Below are positions 1 through 11,400 of a stretch of DNA of 64,000 nt, piece after piece; the first letter of the stretch is position 1; each line of letters starts with the position of its first letter. This DNA comes from Bacteroidales bacterium. Lineage in GTDB: Bacteria; Bacteroidota; Bacteroidia; Bacteroidales; JAFGXI01. The notes below the pieces were generated by a model. The model did no database searches. It saw only the letters and a program-made list of their open reading frames with translations, and was not told the DNA's origin. The DNA lies in NCBI GenBank assembly GCA_016936665.1, contig JAFGXI010000017.1, forward strand, positions 20,146 to 84,145, written 5' to 3'. Made by a program: the position numbers and the translations under genes.

Positions 1-609
1 CAGCTTGAAAAGTTTAATTAAGATGGCATTATAGGTTTCGGCGTTCTCAGGCACCGGCAAGTATTTAATGATGATGTTTTTTAAATCGTACAACTTTTCC
101 TCAACGTCTTCGTGCTCTTTTTGGTAATCGGCTATTACATATTGTTGAATGTTGTTGTAAAAAGCAGCATCGGTTTTATAATTACGTAAGGCATCGGACA
201 AAGCTGTTATGTATGGGTAAATTCGCTCTTCTTCTCTTTGAATATGTAAAATAAATTCTTGTCGGTACTCGTTAAAGAAGTTTTTGAGCAAGGCTTTATT
301 TTTTTCGTGATCTTTCGGAAATTCCAATTTTTCGATAAGATCTGCTATTTCCGGTACTTTTTTATTGAGATAAATTTTGTGCGTATTTCTCAAATAAAAC
401 AAGATGTCTTCAACGTCGTGTGCTCTCATTTTATTTTGCGGAAAATATTCCGAATCGTTGAATGAATTTACTATTTCGAGAAAAAAATCGGTATTAATAC
501 GATGCTCAGCACAAACTTCATCTACAGTTTTTTCGCTAAACCCGAGTGGTATATTAAATTTTCTTAACACAGAGAGCAATTCAAAATTATCGTGAATAAG
601 CTCAGCCAT
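1..609 (-). CDS. hemerythrin-like (RIC/ScdA-type) domain protein, partial. Start codon at 607-609; C-terminus lies beyond the window edge
   Basis: Hand translation of the minus strand is open through position 1: MAELIHDNFELLSVLRKFNIPLGFSEKTVDEVCAEHRINTDFF...HIQREEERIYPYI...YQKEHEDVEEKLYDL. The H-x3-E and HxxxEE helices are typical of hemerythrin cation-binding domains. It is missing from the ORF track because there is no stop in the window. Confidence 0.45.
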   Translation of the reverse strand, partial: MAELIHDNFELLSVLRKFNIPLGFSEKTVDEVCAEHRINTDFFLEIVNSFNDSEYFPQNKMRAHDVEDILFYLRNTHKIYLNKKVPEIADLIEKLEFPKDHEKNKALLKNFFNEYRQEFILHIQREEERIYPYITALSDALRNYKTDAAFYNNIQQYVIADYQKEHEDVEEKLYDLKNIIIKYLPVPENAETYNAILIKLFKL

Positions 610-643
610 TTTAAATGTTTTTGTAATAATCATAATCAGTAAA

Positions 644-2053
644 TTATTCTCCTAGTTGCCATTCGAAGGCTCCGGCATCGGGTTGGCCATCCAGAATATG
701 TGAGTGATTATTTAAGTCGGTAGGATAAGTTTGACCAATGGACATATCACCGATATTTTGTGCCGGTGAAAGTGTATCTAAATTAAAATCGTAATTTCTA
801 TAGTCGATAAACAAAGGATCTTTGCTATATCGACACATATTAAAATACGTATCGTTAATTTCTTCTTCGGGGATTCTTATTAAACTATTATTAACTGTTA
901 AATTAAACGCGGTCCCATCTTCTTTACTCCAAATGAATTCTTGTTCTTTATCGCCATAAATGATGCAATTGTTAAAATTTGCTTGGTGCAAATCGCCAAC
1001 ATATTGTCCCTCTTCGGTTATGAAATTATTACTAACAACAACCGATGGCTCTGTACGTCGAGAATATGGCCAATAATTTGCAAAAGTACATTGATCAAAA
1101 CTATAGTTTCCGCCAACTAATATGGCCAAATTGTAAAACGCACAATTCGCAACTAGGCAATTGTTGGCTTCGACATTAGCCGCCAAAGAAAAAATACCGG
1201 CATAATTCATATGTCGAATAATGCTATGGCTAATTTTCAATGTAGGTTTTTCATCGGAGCTTAACCCTCCCAACTGAAAGCCAATTGTTCCATTTTCTAC
1301 AACAGCCCAATTGACTTCGTGTGTTCCAGAACCATCGGCCAAAATAATATTACCCCACTGCCCTGCCACATCTTGATAGGCTTCTTCTAAACGATCGCCT
1401 TTTATCGTGACCGGATTATCGAATGTTCCATTAATTTGCAATCGTCCTTTCGCAATTAAGTATGAGTTTTTATGAAAATAAATCTTTGTTCCATGTTCAA
1501 TAGTTAAGGTATGTAAACTATCGATAAGCATAGAGTTATATATCAAGTAAGGCTTATCGGCAGTCCATGTTTGTGTTTGAACAACGCCATTGAGTCGACC
1601 ATCGATGTAATGTGCATTTTGCCCCCAAGCTCTCAACTTCATGTCGCTAATTTTTCCATTAACATTACAAACCAAGGAGTCTTCTACTACGAAAGGTGCA
1701 TTTTGGGCATTGGGTTTAACTGTCAGTTCAACCAAAATGTAAATACTGTCTTTCGGTTCCAAAGTAAGATTTCGGATTATTTCACCTGTTTGTCCATCAA
1801 CATTTATTCTGAATTGCGACAAACTACCTTTACCCAACGATACCGAATTGATATTTAATGACTTATCGTAAGGATTATGCATTGTAATATATGCTGTGGT
1901 TGAACCAACATCAGTAAAAACGGTGTCGAAAAAAAGGGTGTCGGTCGAAAAAGTAACCACTGCTTCAAGACTGTTGTTAACCTCGTCTTTTACACAGGAA
2001 ACCAATAAAAATACTATAAAAAATATTAATACAACTAATTGTCGAAAAATCAT
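644..2053 (-). CDS. lipoprotein with right-handed parallel beta-helix (PbH1-like) repeats
   Basis: 469-aa ORF with signal peptide and lipobox (FLLVSC). Repeated Asn/Cys turn motifs (ANNCLVANCAFYN, FNNCIIYG, VNNSLIR) are typical of the pectate-lyase fold. Confidence 0.6.
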   Translation of the reverse strand: MIFRQLVVLIFFIVFLLVSCVKDEVNNSLEAVVTFSTDTLFFDTVFTDVGSTTAYITMHNPYDKSLNINSVSLGKGSLSQFRINVDGQTGEIIRNLTLEPKDSIYILVELTVKPNAQNAPFVVEDSLVCNVNGKISDMKLRAWGQNAHYIDGRLNGVVQTQTWTADKPYLIYNSMLIDSLHTLTIEHGTKIYFHKNSYLIAKGRLQINGTFDNPVTIKGDRLEEAYQDVAGQWGNIILADGSGTHEVNWAVVENGTIGFQLGGLSSDEKPTLKISHSIIRHMNYAGIFSLAANVEANNCLVANCAFYNLAILVGGNYSFDQCTFANYWPYSRRTEPSVVVSNNFITEEGQYVGDLHQANFNNCIIYGDKEQEFIWSKEDGTAFNLTVNNSLIRIPEEEINDTYFNMCRYSKDPLFIDYRNYDFNLDTLSPAQNIGDMSIGQTYPTDLNNHSHILDGQPDAGAFEWQLGE

Positions 2054-2115
2054 ATTACAAAGTAACTAAAAAATGTAGAATTACTTTTGATAAACGAAGA
2101 CTTGAACAATTTATT

Positions 2116-3048
2116 TTAAATTGTTTTTTTGTAGGTATCGATATGTCTGGCTTTCTTTTCCGGATAAATATCATCCACAGTAATTAAGATTGCTGTTTCT
2201 TCAACATTACCAAAACCTTTATTAACTGAGGTTCCAAAAGTTACCATCGTTGGCGATAAATTCATATAAGAATTAATAAGTGGCGGAATATTTTCGCCTA
2301 ATTCTCTAACGGTTCTCGAAAGCGTTTTGTACGACTCATCGTAATTCTTACCTAAAAATAAAATTTTCAATTCTTCTTCAGGAGTCTGTATCTCCAATGG
2401 TTCTTTAGGATATAAAAGCCTTTGAGTATCGCCAAACTTTCGTTTAAGGAAATATAAAATGGTGTCGCGTGCTTTTAAATTATAATCGGTGTACATGGTA
2501 ACTTTCCCGAAAAAATATTTCATTTCAGGATTATCCACGATTAAAGCCCCAAGACCATCCCACAAATTATCCAGCGCAAATAAGGTTTTTCTGTTGATAC
2601 CTCTCGACTGATAATTGGGTTGCACAAACGACCGCCCCAATTCTATAGTATGTGGTAAATATTCACTAATAAACTGTTCTGATAATTCGAAGAGGTTAGC
2701 TGTTGCCATATTTACAGTACCATCGGGCTTGCGATTTACGTTATATCCTAAGATAAAACGATAACCGCCTAAAATCTCTTCGGCTTCCGGATCCCAAATT
2801 AACAATTGCTGGTATGGTTCATCGGCCATATCAAGAGCATCGATATCAGCCTCCTTACCTGTGCCTCCACCAGCATTTCTGAAAGTTAACTCTCGTAAAC
2901 GCCCTATCTCGAGCATGGTATTAGGCGAATTTAAGTGATTGACCACGTATATCTCGTTCTTACCAAAATTTGTGAAGCGAAGAAATCGTTCTTCGTTCAA
3001 TTCTTTTTTAAGCTCATTTTTTGATATTGGAGGGATAATATGTTTCAT
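2116..3048 (-). CDS. GNAT-fold N-acyltransferase of the OlsB/GlsB (hemolysin-like) lipoamino-acid synthesis type
   Basis: 310-aa ORF. The N-terminal region EIGRLRELTFRNAGGGTGKEADIDALD, the ~300-aa length and ELGRSFVQP match the Bacteroidota N-acyl amino-acid synthase family as I remember it. Confidence 0.6.
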   Translation of the reverse strand: MKHIIPPISKNELKKELNEERFLRFTNFGKNEIYVVNHLNSPNTMLEIGRLRELTFRNAGGGTGKEADIDALDMADEPYQQLLIWDPEAEEILGGYRFILGYNVNRKPDGTVNMATANLFELSEQFISEYLPHTIELGRSFVQPNYQSRGINRKTLFALDNLWDGLGALIVDNPEMKYFFGKVTMYTDYNLKARDTILYFLKRKFGDTQRLLYPKEPLEIQTPEEELKILFLGKNYDESYKTLSRTVRELGENIPPLINSYMNLSPTMVTFGTSVNKGFGNVEETAILITVDDIYPEKKARHIDTYKKTI

Positions 3049-3259
3049 ACTTCGACGTAAAATTCATCGTAAAAATAGGAATTATTATTGACTATTTATT
3101 ATTGTCGATTTGTGATTGATTATTTATTACAGTTTTTTATTTCGTTCTTAATTTAACCTCAGTCTTAGAATTTGCCTCCTCTCTGTATTATCTTCTGATT
3201 TTAAAATATTTTAAGTCTCTTTAAAAGTATATTGCCCACAAATTTTGTTTATTTGTACC

Positions 3260-4516
3260 ATGCGTAACCGAATATTATTTTTTCTGATGATTGCGATGGC
3301 CTTTCAGGTAAAAGCCTCCTATCTTCTAATTCCAATGGACGATACTCAAACCAATCATTTAAAGGCTTATGGCGTCACTTACTGGGTTTTACAAAATGGC
3401 ATTGAGGCTCAATGGTTGCTTAATTATCGTGGAGGATCGTTTCTTATTCAGAACCATTCAGAAATTCAAACCGAATGTGCCATCAGAGGTGTTTCTGTAG
3501 AAGTGATTGCTGATGGTACGGCCCAAGCTATACTTGCCGAAATCGATCGAGAAGATGAGAATATGGATCATGTAAAACTGGAAAAAGCACCAAAAATCGC
3601 GGTGTATTCTCCTAAAAACAAACAACCTTGGGACGATGCTGTAACTTTAGTCTTAACATATGCTCAAATTCCTTACGATATTGTTTACGATGGCGAAATT
3701 CTCGATGGAGAGCTCTCAAAATACGATTGGCTACACTTACATCACGAAGATTTCACCGGCCAATATGGCAAATTCTACGCAGCTTATCACCATATGAAAT
3801 GGTATCAGGATCAAGTCAACGAAAACGAAACTATGGCTGCAAAGTATGGATTTGGGAAAGTCTCTCAACTTAAACTAGCTGTAGCAAAAACCATTAAAGA
3901 ATATGTTAGAAATGGCGGTTTTTTGTTCGCTATGTGCTCAGCAACTGACAGTTACGATATAGCCTTAGCCGCAGAAGGAGTCGATATTTGCGAAAGCATG
4001 TTCGATGGCGACCCTGCCGACCCCGATGCTCAAAGCAAATTAGATTATTCGAAAACTTTAGCATTCAAAGACTTCAAACTCAGCCAAAATCCTATGGAGT
4101 ATGAATATTCCGACATCGATGCAACGCAGACTAGACGCGTGAGTAAGGAGAGTGATTATTTTACATTATTCGACTTTTCGGCCAAATGGGATCCTGTGCC
4201 TAGTATGCTTACGCAAGATCATACCCATATGATTAGAGGATTCATGGGACAAACTACAGCTTTCAAAAGCGAACTAATCAAGTCGGATGTTTTAGTTATG
4301 GGAGAAAACAAAGCTGCAGGCGAAGCCCGCTATTTACATGGTACATTGGGAAAAGGGATGTGGACTTTTTTAGGAGGACACGACCCGGCAGACTACCAAC
4401 ATCTGGTGTACGATCCTGCAACAGATTTAGACTCTTACCCTAACAGCCCCGGATACCGTTTGATTTTAAACAACGTACTTTTCCCTGCAGCTAAAAAGAA
4501 AAAACTAAAAACCTAA
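3260..4516 (+). CDS. conserved Bacteroidota secreted protein of unknown function. From memory, homologues are often database-labelled asparagine synthetase B; no such motifs are seen here
   Basis: ORF 3245-4516. I prefer the ATG at 3260 (MRNRILFFLMIAMAFQVKAS signal peptide) to the TTG at 3245. The conserved block is PKIAVYSPKNKQPWDDAVTLVLTYAQIPYD...HLHHEDFTGQYGKFY. Confidence 0.6.
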   Translation: MRNRILFFLMIAMAFQVKASYLLIPMDDTQTNHLKAYGVTYWVLQNGIEAQWLLNYRGGSFLIQNHSEIQTECAIRGVSVEVIADGTAQAILAEIDREDENMDHVKLEKAPKIAVYSPKNKQPWDDAVTLVLTYAQIPYDIVYDGEILDGELSKYDWLHLHHEDFTGQYGKFYAAYHHMKWYQDQVNENETMAAKYGFGKVSQLKLAVAKTIKEYVRNGGFLFAMCSATDSYDIALAAEGVDICESMFDGDPADPDAQSKLDYSKTLAFKDFKLSQNPMEYEYSDIDATQTRRVSKESDYFTLFDFSAKWDPVPSMLTQDHTHMIRGFMGQTTAFKSELIKSDVLVMGENKAAGEARYLHGTLGKGMWTFLGGHDPADYQHLVYDPATDLDSYPNSPGYRLILNNVLFPAAKKKKLKT

Positions 4517-4521
4517 AAATT

Positions 4522-5460
4522 TTATAATATTATCAATCTTTGAGTCGTATTATCAATTTTAACAAAATAAGATCCTCTCTTTAAATCGGAGATATCTATT
4601 TTAATATTATTTGTTGTTTTATTAAGAATAAATATCTTTTCGAGTTGTCCTGTTATGTTATAAATTTCTATAGCTTCATTTGGTATAGGAGATTCATGAA
4701 TTCTCTTGATAAACACAAAGTCGATAGCAGGATTCGGATAAATTTGCCAATCGCTCTTGTTTAGCTCCTCTACGCCACTATCATCGAAACTTAGCGTTAC
4801 AGCCCAATCATTAACTAAACCATCTACCCCAGTAAGCATATAATGAACTGTATTAGTATAATCGTTAATCGTTTCACCAGAAATTTGTTCTACTGAGCCG
4901 ATTTTAGCAATCGCACCCGGTGATATAGTAAAATCTGCAATTATACTCGATAAGTCAGTATTTTTAGTCACCTTTAAGCTTATGCTTTTCGCAGCGGCAT
5001 CGATAACAGCCTGTGTTACTTGACTGTCGAGCTCAAAGCTTAAAATATCGGCAGAGCTATATGATACAGGTGACATCCAAAGAAATGGATGATCTACATT
5101 CCCAATAATTAAATTGTTCGAGAACAAAACGAAATTATCAATCTCTGTGAGGTTTGAACTTTCATCCATCCATTTGAAGAAAATTGCATCGCCTGAACTC
5201 GCATTACTGTATATCGTTATTTGGTATAATTGATAAGTGCCATCGAGATCAGTTGGTTGACAAACGCCTACACAATCTTCATCTACAAACGCACCTAAAT
5301 ACGCATTTTGTTGACTCGTTGTTTGCGCATCTAAAGCTACATAGCCACTCATATTCATCGAAAATTGAAAATCGTTCGGATTGACAGACCATGGCTGAGC
5401 TATGAGTAAATTCATAGCCCAAACCAAAGTAGTCGTTAACATATATTTTACAGTTTTCAT
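4522..5460 (-). CDS. T9SS-sorted secreted protein. Its N-terminal domain is shared with the C-terminal part of the upstream giant protein
   Basis: 312 aa with a signal peptide. The C-terminus (IYPNPAIDFVFIK...GSYFVKIDNTTQRLIIL) is a type-A Por sorting domain. It starts 25 nt downstream of the giant gene. Confidence 0.75.
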   Translation of the reverse strand: MKTVKYMLTTTLVWAMNLLIAQPWSVNPNDFQFSMNMSGYVALDAQTTSQQNAYLGAFVDEDCVGVCQPTDLDGTYQLYQITIYSNASSGDAIFFKWMDESSNLTEIDNFVLFSNNLIIGNVDHPFLWMSPVSYSSADILSFELDSQVTQAVIDAAAKSISLKVTKNTDLSSIIADFTISPGAIAKIGSVEQISGETINDYTNTVHYMLTGVDGLVNDWAVTLSFDDSGVEELNKSDWQIYPNPAIDFVFIKRIHESPIPNEAIEIYNITGQLEKIFILNKTTNNIKIDISDLKRGSYFVKIDNTTQRLIIL

Positions 5461-5485
5461 ATTCTTTATTTTTAAACTTAAGTCT

Positions 5486-8400
5486 TTATTCTTTAATTAA
5501 TTGCATTATTTCTGTATTGCCATTCACATTGACTTTAACAATATAAACACCTTCGGCAAGTTTCGAAACCGCATCTTTCAGCAATTCAACATCGTGGTAA
5601 CCCTCAGGAAGCTTGAGTGTTTGCATTTCTACAACGACTTCGCCTAAAGCATTATACAATGTGTAAGAAATAGCTTGGTCGTATTCTAAAACCATTCCTA
5701 TCGTTACTTGATGATTAAATGGATTTGGATAAACGCTGATATTTGAAACGCCTTCGAAACCATTCTTATTAAAGCTCAATTCGAAAGGTTCGTCTAATGT
5801 ACCTTGCCTGTCGTTTGCAAAGAAGACCATATGCTCGTTAGCCTCCATGCTTCCTAAATGATGGACGGCTTCAAAGCGAATCACTTCTTTAGAATTAGCA
5901 TTGATGGTTATAAAATGGCGCACACTTCCATCTTCCAAAATTTGTGCTTCGGCTTCACCACAAAGGCCTGCTTCGTTATAAGCCTTCAGTGTGTAGGCAG
6001 AAGGGTTGTCAATCTGAAGCTCAATAATCATTGCCATATTATCTTCTGTTGAAGGTAAATTAAAGATTTCAGGATCTTGACTTACAGACCTACTTACTAA
6101 ACCGCCATCGTAATTAAGGACACCGCCATTAGCACTGTACATTACATAACCCTCACCGGCTTGCATATAAGTTAAACTACCAACCCATCCTAATACAGAA
6201 CTATAAACTGCAAATTGGTGTTGCGACTTAATCATATCGTCATCTTGCGGATTGAGAGAAGATAAAGCCTCATCGATCGGTTTTTGAACCGATAAAGGAT
6301 AACCCACCCAGTTCCAACCGGCCGCTATTGGTATTTGAATGGTATCTGGGACGACTCTGTAACCCGACATTACTAAAGTTTGCGCCTGAGCTACTTTTAG
6401 CTTATAAGCACTTGTTACCTTAAGCTGATCAAGTTCTCCAAACCAATAGCCGTTAGCACGAACGTAAGCAAATTGTTGTTGATCTTTTACAAAATCGTTT
6501 TCATGTTGATTGAGTTGTGAGAAGGCTGTGTTCAGATCGTTAAATTCATCTGAATACACATTGAAAGATATCCAATTCCAACCCGCATCAAGTTGAATAT
6601 TTTGCTCTATATAATTGGTTGCATTAATTGGTAGAGGATTGCTCACAGAACCATACAATTGATCGGCAGCAAAAGTAAACTCTGGTGTAACCCTTGTATA
6701 AACGTTGCCTGTGCTGGCATCATATACTTTAAAATACATGGTCTCGCCATTCGTATTAGCATAAGCACTAATAAATGTTAGGTAAATATTTGCATCTTCG
6801 AAATAAGTGACATGAGATACACCTCTGCATTCATCACCAACAAAGCAAGCGACGATATCATTTTCGTCGGTAGATAAAGTATTATTGACACTGAGTTGGC
6901 CGATGACATTAGCTGATAAATCAAAGTTAGAAGGATCGACCGACCAATCTGGCGCATGACCATTTACTTGAACAGAAACACCTAAGCGCTCGTTATAATC
7001 CATAGAAGCGACTAATGAAATATCTGTTTGGTATGAACCAATATTAAGTTCTGGTAGAATGGTAATTTCTATCGTTTCCGTCTCAAGAGGAGTGAGCGTG
7101 CCACTGCTTGGAGAAACGTTCATCCATGAAGGAATATTAAGGATTTGATAATTTTCGTTTAAGCCTCCTTTATTTTGAATATCTACAGTAACAGTCGTCT
7201 CTTCTTCAACAAACTTTTCGATTGTTAAATCCTGAAGATTCCATACCACCTGATTTTTATCTACAAAAGCATTCCAAGATAAAGTAGAAGGCATCATGTT
7301 ATTGTTCATATCCTTTACACGCTTAATCGAAATGTCTAAAATTTGATTTTCGATTAAATTAGCTTGAATATTTGGTGTAATCACCACCTCGTCATCGTTG
7401 ACGACGTAGGTGTGAGGAATTGATACTTCCGGAAGTTGTAGCTTAATATTAGGGCTTTCCGTTGTAAAGTAAGCACTCTCTATTAAAGTATCCCCGGCAA
7501 TTCCAATATTGTCTTGCGTAAAGTTGGCCGATGTTTCGTTACTAATACTAGGATCGGCAATGGTAACATCCTCGAAAGGGACATAAGCTTTAAGCCCTAA
7601 CTCGTCTCCCACTAAATTATGACTCATGTAACGTTTTATTTGAGACTGAGTTCTGGCAGCATTCCACACTCTAAACTCGTCTATCATACCAGTTGTAAAC
7701 TGATCGTAATAATCTTGCATAGACAAATTCCACCAACGAGCCCCTAAAACCAATCTACTAGCACCAAAACCTTCGAAGTTAGCTACCGATTGTGTTTTCA
7801 CAAGTTCGCCATCGAAATAGACCGATAAGTAACCAATTCGGTTCATACTCATTGCAAAGTGATGCCATTGATCATCCAAATAATTTTGAGCAGCTATGGT
7901 GACATTATTACCATTATTCGTTATGGTAATGTTGCCATCGCTACCGGCTGTTATATTCCAAGAATTGATATTTGGTTCCTCATCAAAATTACCATTAGAA
8001 ACCAGTGTAGCATTGCTTACAGGCATCGCCATTTTATACCAAAATTCGAGAGTAAAATCGGATTGACTAGAGAAAGCCATCTGACCGGCAGGCATATCTA
8101 ATACATTGCTACCATTCAAGGCCAAAGCATGACCATTTCTACCAACCTGCCAAGTTGCATTGACAATAGCATTTCTACCAAAAGCAATATCTTCTGCTCT
8201 ATCGCCATTGGCTTCGTTCATTGGCCACAGACCATATAAACCTTGCTCGTATCCATTTAATATCTGCGCTTTCTGAGCGGCTATCTCTGTAGATGTTCTA
8301 GCATAATTCCAGATTCTAAATTCATGCATATTTCCATAAAAAGCAGAAGCATCATCGGCACAATACCCTATACTTAAACTGCCCTCTAAAGAGGTATACA

Positions 8401-11400
8401 CATCGGCTTCGAACACCTCAGGCGTACCTCCGGCATCGCTTAAAGCAAAGAGGGTAAAACCAGCCTCAGTCTCTTCATCGCCCTGATTGTAAACTACCGA
8501 GTAGAACGCCCAGTTACCAATATTGGTATAAGTTTCGCTTGAGCTAATCGTCTGGCCATCAACTTCAACTACAAAATGATTGGCAGCATCAAAGCCAATC
8601 CACAAACCACCTTGCGAAGGCGAACCAACAGAAACTAAATTGCTTCTTTGATCTATAGCATCACGCTTTGCCCAAAACTCAATTGTAAAATTCGTATGAT
8701 CTAAATTGATGTGATTGACCTGCAAATTATTGGCGATACCATCGAAATGAATCGATGCATCGTGTAATAAATAAGGATTATTAGTCAAATCGGTACCATT
8801 TGTAATACCACGAACATCAACATAATCGACATGCGAATATAAATCGCCCGAATTGATGGTTTCGTTAAACTTAACCGAAATATCTTCGCCATAAGACAAA
8901 ACGCCATCGGATGGCTGTGGCGTACCAAACGGTGTAGGTACTACTCTATCTATCACTCCATTTAAAGGATCTGTAATATATTCCGAGCCATCGGAACAAT
9001 TCGATTTTAAATAAATCTGATACTGACCATCGTTTAGGCTGGACAATGGGAAACTATAAGCCATGGTAGCATTGCCATTGATCCATGTTTTAGGCTCGTC
9101 GGCATCTAGAAAGTCTGTTTCATCTTTATAAAACACCATGGCAGTTGTTCTAGAACCACCCGGTATTGCATATTGGAATTCGATGGTTTCGAACTCAGTG
9201 CTATTGATATTATAATCTGAGATATTGAAACTTAAAGTATCATTATTATAGACATTGGCGGTCCAGTTATCATAAATCTGTTCGAAATCGACTGATGTAC
9301 AAGTTGGTGTAAAGTAAGCCGAAATAATAATAGTATCGGCAATATCGTCAACATCGTCGGTAGGATCGAACTGACATTGAGAATGTAAAATAACCTGAAT
9401 ATCTTCGTATTCGTTAATATCTTGCTGACCTTTTTCGATGGTAAGTGCTTTGTAAACAGTCTGTCCGGCAGGTATTAAAACAGCCACAGGTGTCCCCGAA
9501 ATACTTGCACCATCCATTTTTACAACAGCACCATTTGGATTAGACGTTGGCTCAACATATAAATTGTACCAACCATCATCCCCTGTTTCCGAGTTATTAG
9601 ACATGGCCAAATTAAAGACGGCAGCTTCTGTTTCCGGCACACCGGCAACGATATTATTATCGACAGAAATATTTGGCATTTCAATTTGCATAGTCGCTTG
9701 CGAAAGAAGCGTACCAGGATTATAGTATTCGGTATAAACAGCACCCTCGTATGGGCAAGAAGACTGACCTCCAACAGTTCTAAAGATTGGACCATAACCT
9801 TCTTCAGCATCTTTTCTCACATCTACTGAGAAATAATCGCCACCATCGCCATCGGCTAAAACAAAACCAATGGTCTGGCTGGTGGTTGTGTCGTTAACTG
9901 TATTGTTAGCAGTTGTGTATTCGTAGCCCTCTTCTAAGTTTAGTGTAAAGCCAAAACCATTTACAGAGAAGCCTAGCTCGGCCATAAAGTGTGGTGAAAG
10001 TGTAAACTCGAAGGTTTTATTCTCAGAACTTAAACTGTCAATTTCAACACTTGCTTCATAAACAACACCTGCATCAAATGATATATTCGAGGGAAAATTA
10101 GGATCGTCTACTGCTGTTACTTTAGCTTTTTCGTTATTTTTAAGAACCTTTATCCATTTATTAATCTGATTATTGTAATAACGAACCGAATCGATTAAAT
10201 CATCATTATCAGGGTTTGAGAAGACATAACTAGGGCCATCGTATTTATCGTCGGAAGCTTGAGCGCCCCAAATAGCATTATCGTCGTTATTGCTTAAAAA
10301 GTTTGAACTTTCTGTATCTGTTTCGACCAAAGTGTAATACTCATTATTGTTATCGTAGGCCAAGTTTCGAATCATTTGAAGATTCGGAATCAAATAGTTT
10401 TCGATATGATTTTGCGTATAAATAAAGGTTGTAGACACCTCTTTCCCCATGTGTAAACCAGTCTTTTTAGCAATTGTATAATAGGTGCCGTCGATTAATA
10501 TGGTATCTTCTATGGTTTCACCATCAACAGGCACCTCATCAACATCCATAATATTGATAAAGTTTGATAGACCGTAAATAAGATTATTACCATGACCTAA
10601 AAATAAGTCGCCCATATCACCAACATAAGCAGGATCTTCGCTGGTCGAGAAAGATTGATTGAACTCAATCGTTACATTTTCTTCGAACTCATTACCCCAA
10701 ACATGACTGTGCTCAACACCGACACCTATATTATTTTCAACTTCAAATTCGGTTTGGGTCGAGAAGAATGGCGTTCCTGTTACGAAAGTGGTTGATGTTC
10801 CTAACTGATACACTAAAGAAGAATTGCCTGTTTGTCCATGCGAAGAACTTGTAGTCACTGTTTTAGAAATCTCTAAACCTGCTTCCATGTACGAATAACT
10901 GTTCGAGCCAGGGGGGTCGCGCAAGACAAAATCGATGCTTGTAGGACCTTTAGTTACAAAGTTGCTACCTGTTGGGATATTACCCGACACATAACCATAA
11001 AATGGCGATTGCGACCACTCGTAATAATTAGAGCCTACTAATAATTTAACCTCTAATTTTTTAGTGTATGGTGCAGATAAATTCGGATAACCTCCAAAGA
11101 ACTCATATAAAGCTTGACCATTATCATTAAAACCTAGGGAAACTTGATTGGTATTGTTGGCACATTCGTTTATAATTTGTAACTCACCATCGGAAACCAC
11201 AACAGTATCGACAACGCCTGTTTCATCATTTGTATAGGTTTCGAAAGCCGTCACTATTAACTGATATGGCTGACCTAAAGAATACACCGGTTTTCCAAAA
11301 TTATAGTAGGCTGTATCGTTAACCATACCTGCTATGTTAATGGTATCTTGGGTATCGTTACCCGCATTTACTATATATTCCTCATCACCCAAGAACTTGG

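Noticed and set aside
259-595. Plus-strand ORFs of 68 and 63 aa at the window start.
   Set aside because: They lie opposite a longer, motif-bearing minus-strand reading frame (the hemerythrin-like protein) that is open to the window edge.
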